64,000 nucleotides of DNA from contig JAFVTV010000015.1 of assembly GCA_017502975.1 (NCBI GenBank), forward strand, positions 6,473 through 70,472. The letters are read 5' to 3'. This document shows positions 63,685-64,000 of this stretch, in pieces (position 1 is the first letter of the stretch; each line of letters begins with the position of its first letter). Made by a program: the position numbers and the translations under genes. This DNA is from Clostridia bacterium. Its GTDB lineage: Bacteria; Bacillota; Clostridia; Oscillospirales; CAG-272. Below the pieces are notes generated by a model that worked only from the letters and a program-made list of their open reading frames with translations, was not told the origin of the DNA and searched no databases.

Positions 63685-64000
63685 ATGGGCTTTGGATTGT
63701 TGTTGATCGGATACTTTTTGGCAAATGTTTTGCCTGTAATATCATTTTTTTCGGTAGCAATGCTGCCTGGATTTGCCATGATCACGGTGGCTCTGTATCG
63801 GTTGGCTCCCTATCACAAACGTTTTTATCATGCATGGTTGTTTTCCTTGCCGGCAGCTCTTTTTGGTGTGTACTATACCTTGTACAGCTTTGCGTCGGTC
63901 GGCATTCTTCCGGAGCTTATGATACTTGGTGGCACATTATTTAACGTAGTAGAGTGGGTCTATTTGGCGTATACGCTTTTCTTAAGTATACTGATTCTTT
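63685..64000 (+). CDS. hypothetical polytopic membrane protein, 3'-truncated by the window edge
   Basis: Own translation from ATG 63685, 8 nt after GGGAGG: MGFGLLLIGYFLANVLPVISFFSVAMLPGFAMITVALYRLAPYHKRFYHAWLFSLPAALFGVYYTLYSF... The frame is open to nt 64000. It is preferred over the track ORF 63675-63944, which is in another frame. Confidence 0.6.
   Translation, partial: MGFGLLLIGYFLANVLPVISFFSVAMLPGFAMITVALYRLAPYHKRFYHAWLFSLPAALFGVYYTLYSFASVGILPELMILGGTLFNVVEWVYLAYTLFLSILIL

Noticed and set aside
63675-63944. Track ORF of 89 aa after secA
   Set aside because: The overlapping frame starting at ATG 63685 has a proper GGGAGG RBS, encodes regular TM helices and stays open to the window end. 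The 63675 frame gives Cys/Trp/His-rich sequence with no RBS spacing.
1-64000. Searched by eye for CRISPR arrays, tRNA/rRNA genes, IS/transposase, integrase, phage or toxin-antitoxin genes, and T-box leaders upstream of metG, lysS and glyQS
   Set aside because: No regularly spaced repeats, cloverleaf-capable intergenic segments or recombinase-like ORFs were found. The aaRS upstream gaps (0, 12 and ~75 nt) are too short for T-boxes. An eye scan of 64 kb cannot exclude short or degenerate elements, so tRNAscan-SE, Infernal/Rfam and a repeat finder should be run.

Overview
This window looks like a core chromosomal segment of a spore-forming Firmicute, probably an Oscillospiraceae/Ruminococcaceae-like member of the Clostridia at roughly 50% GC. 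I saw no rRNA, tRNA, CRISPR array, IS element or phage gene. All calls rest on reading the translated ORFs, recognising family motifs from memory, and inspecting intergenic DNA by eye; no searches were run. About 60 genes are supported. Housekeeping genes: metG, tatD, lysS, glyQS, greA, rplS, prfA, tsaC/sua5, coaE, murB, whiA, dnaE, a class A PBP, mnmA, trmL, secA and GTP-type PEP carboxykinase. The heat-shock operon is complete (CIRCE-hrcA-grpE-dnaK-dnaJ-prmA-rsmE). A nusB...xseAB-ispA-tlyA-nadK-argR-recN block follows the Bacillus order with substitutions. Sporulation genes: spoIIAA-spoIIAB-sigF, ytvI, a stand-alone sigG and spoVB. RNA and DNA elements: a lysine (L-box) riboswitch ahead of an NhaC-family transporter, a CIRCE operator, many consensus sigma-A promoters and rho-independent terminators, and a rubredoxin gene missing from the ORF track (58 aa). 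The best candidate for an undescribed system is a translationally coupled three-gene cassette at 41805-43240. It encodes an HPr-kinase-like P-loop protein, a PqqD-type peptide-recognition protein and an S24/S26-type serine peptidase, with no RiPP core enzyme and no visible precursor. Two other items deserve a second look. One is an EF-G paralogue whose catalytic His is replaced by Asp. The other is an autonomous 49-codon acidic, Pro-rich ORF directly downstream, with a perfect consensus promoter bracketed by an 11-bp inverted repeat.
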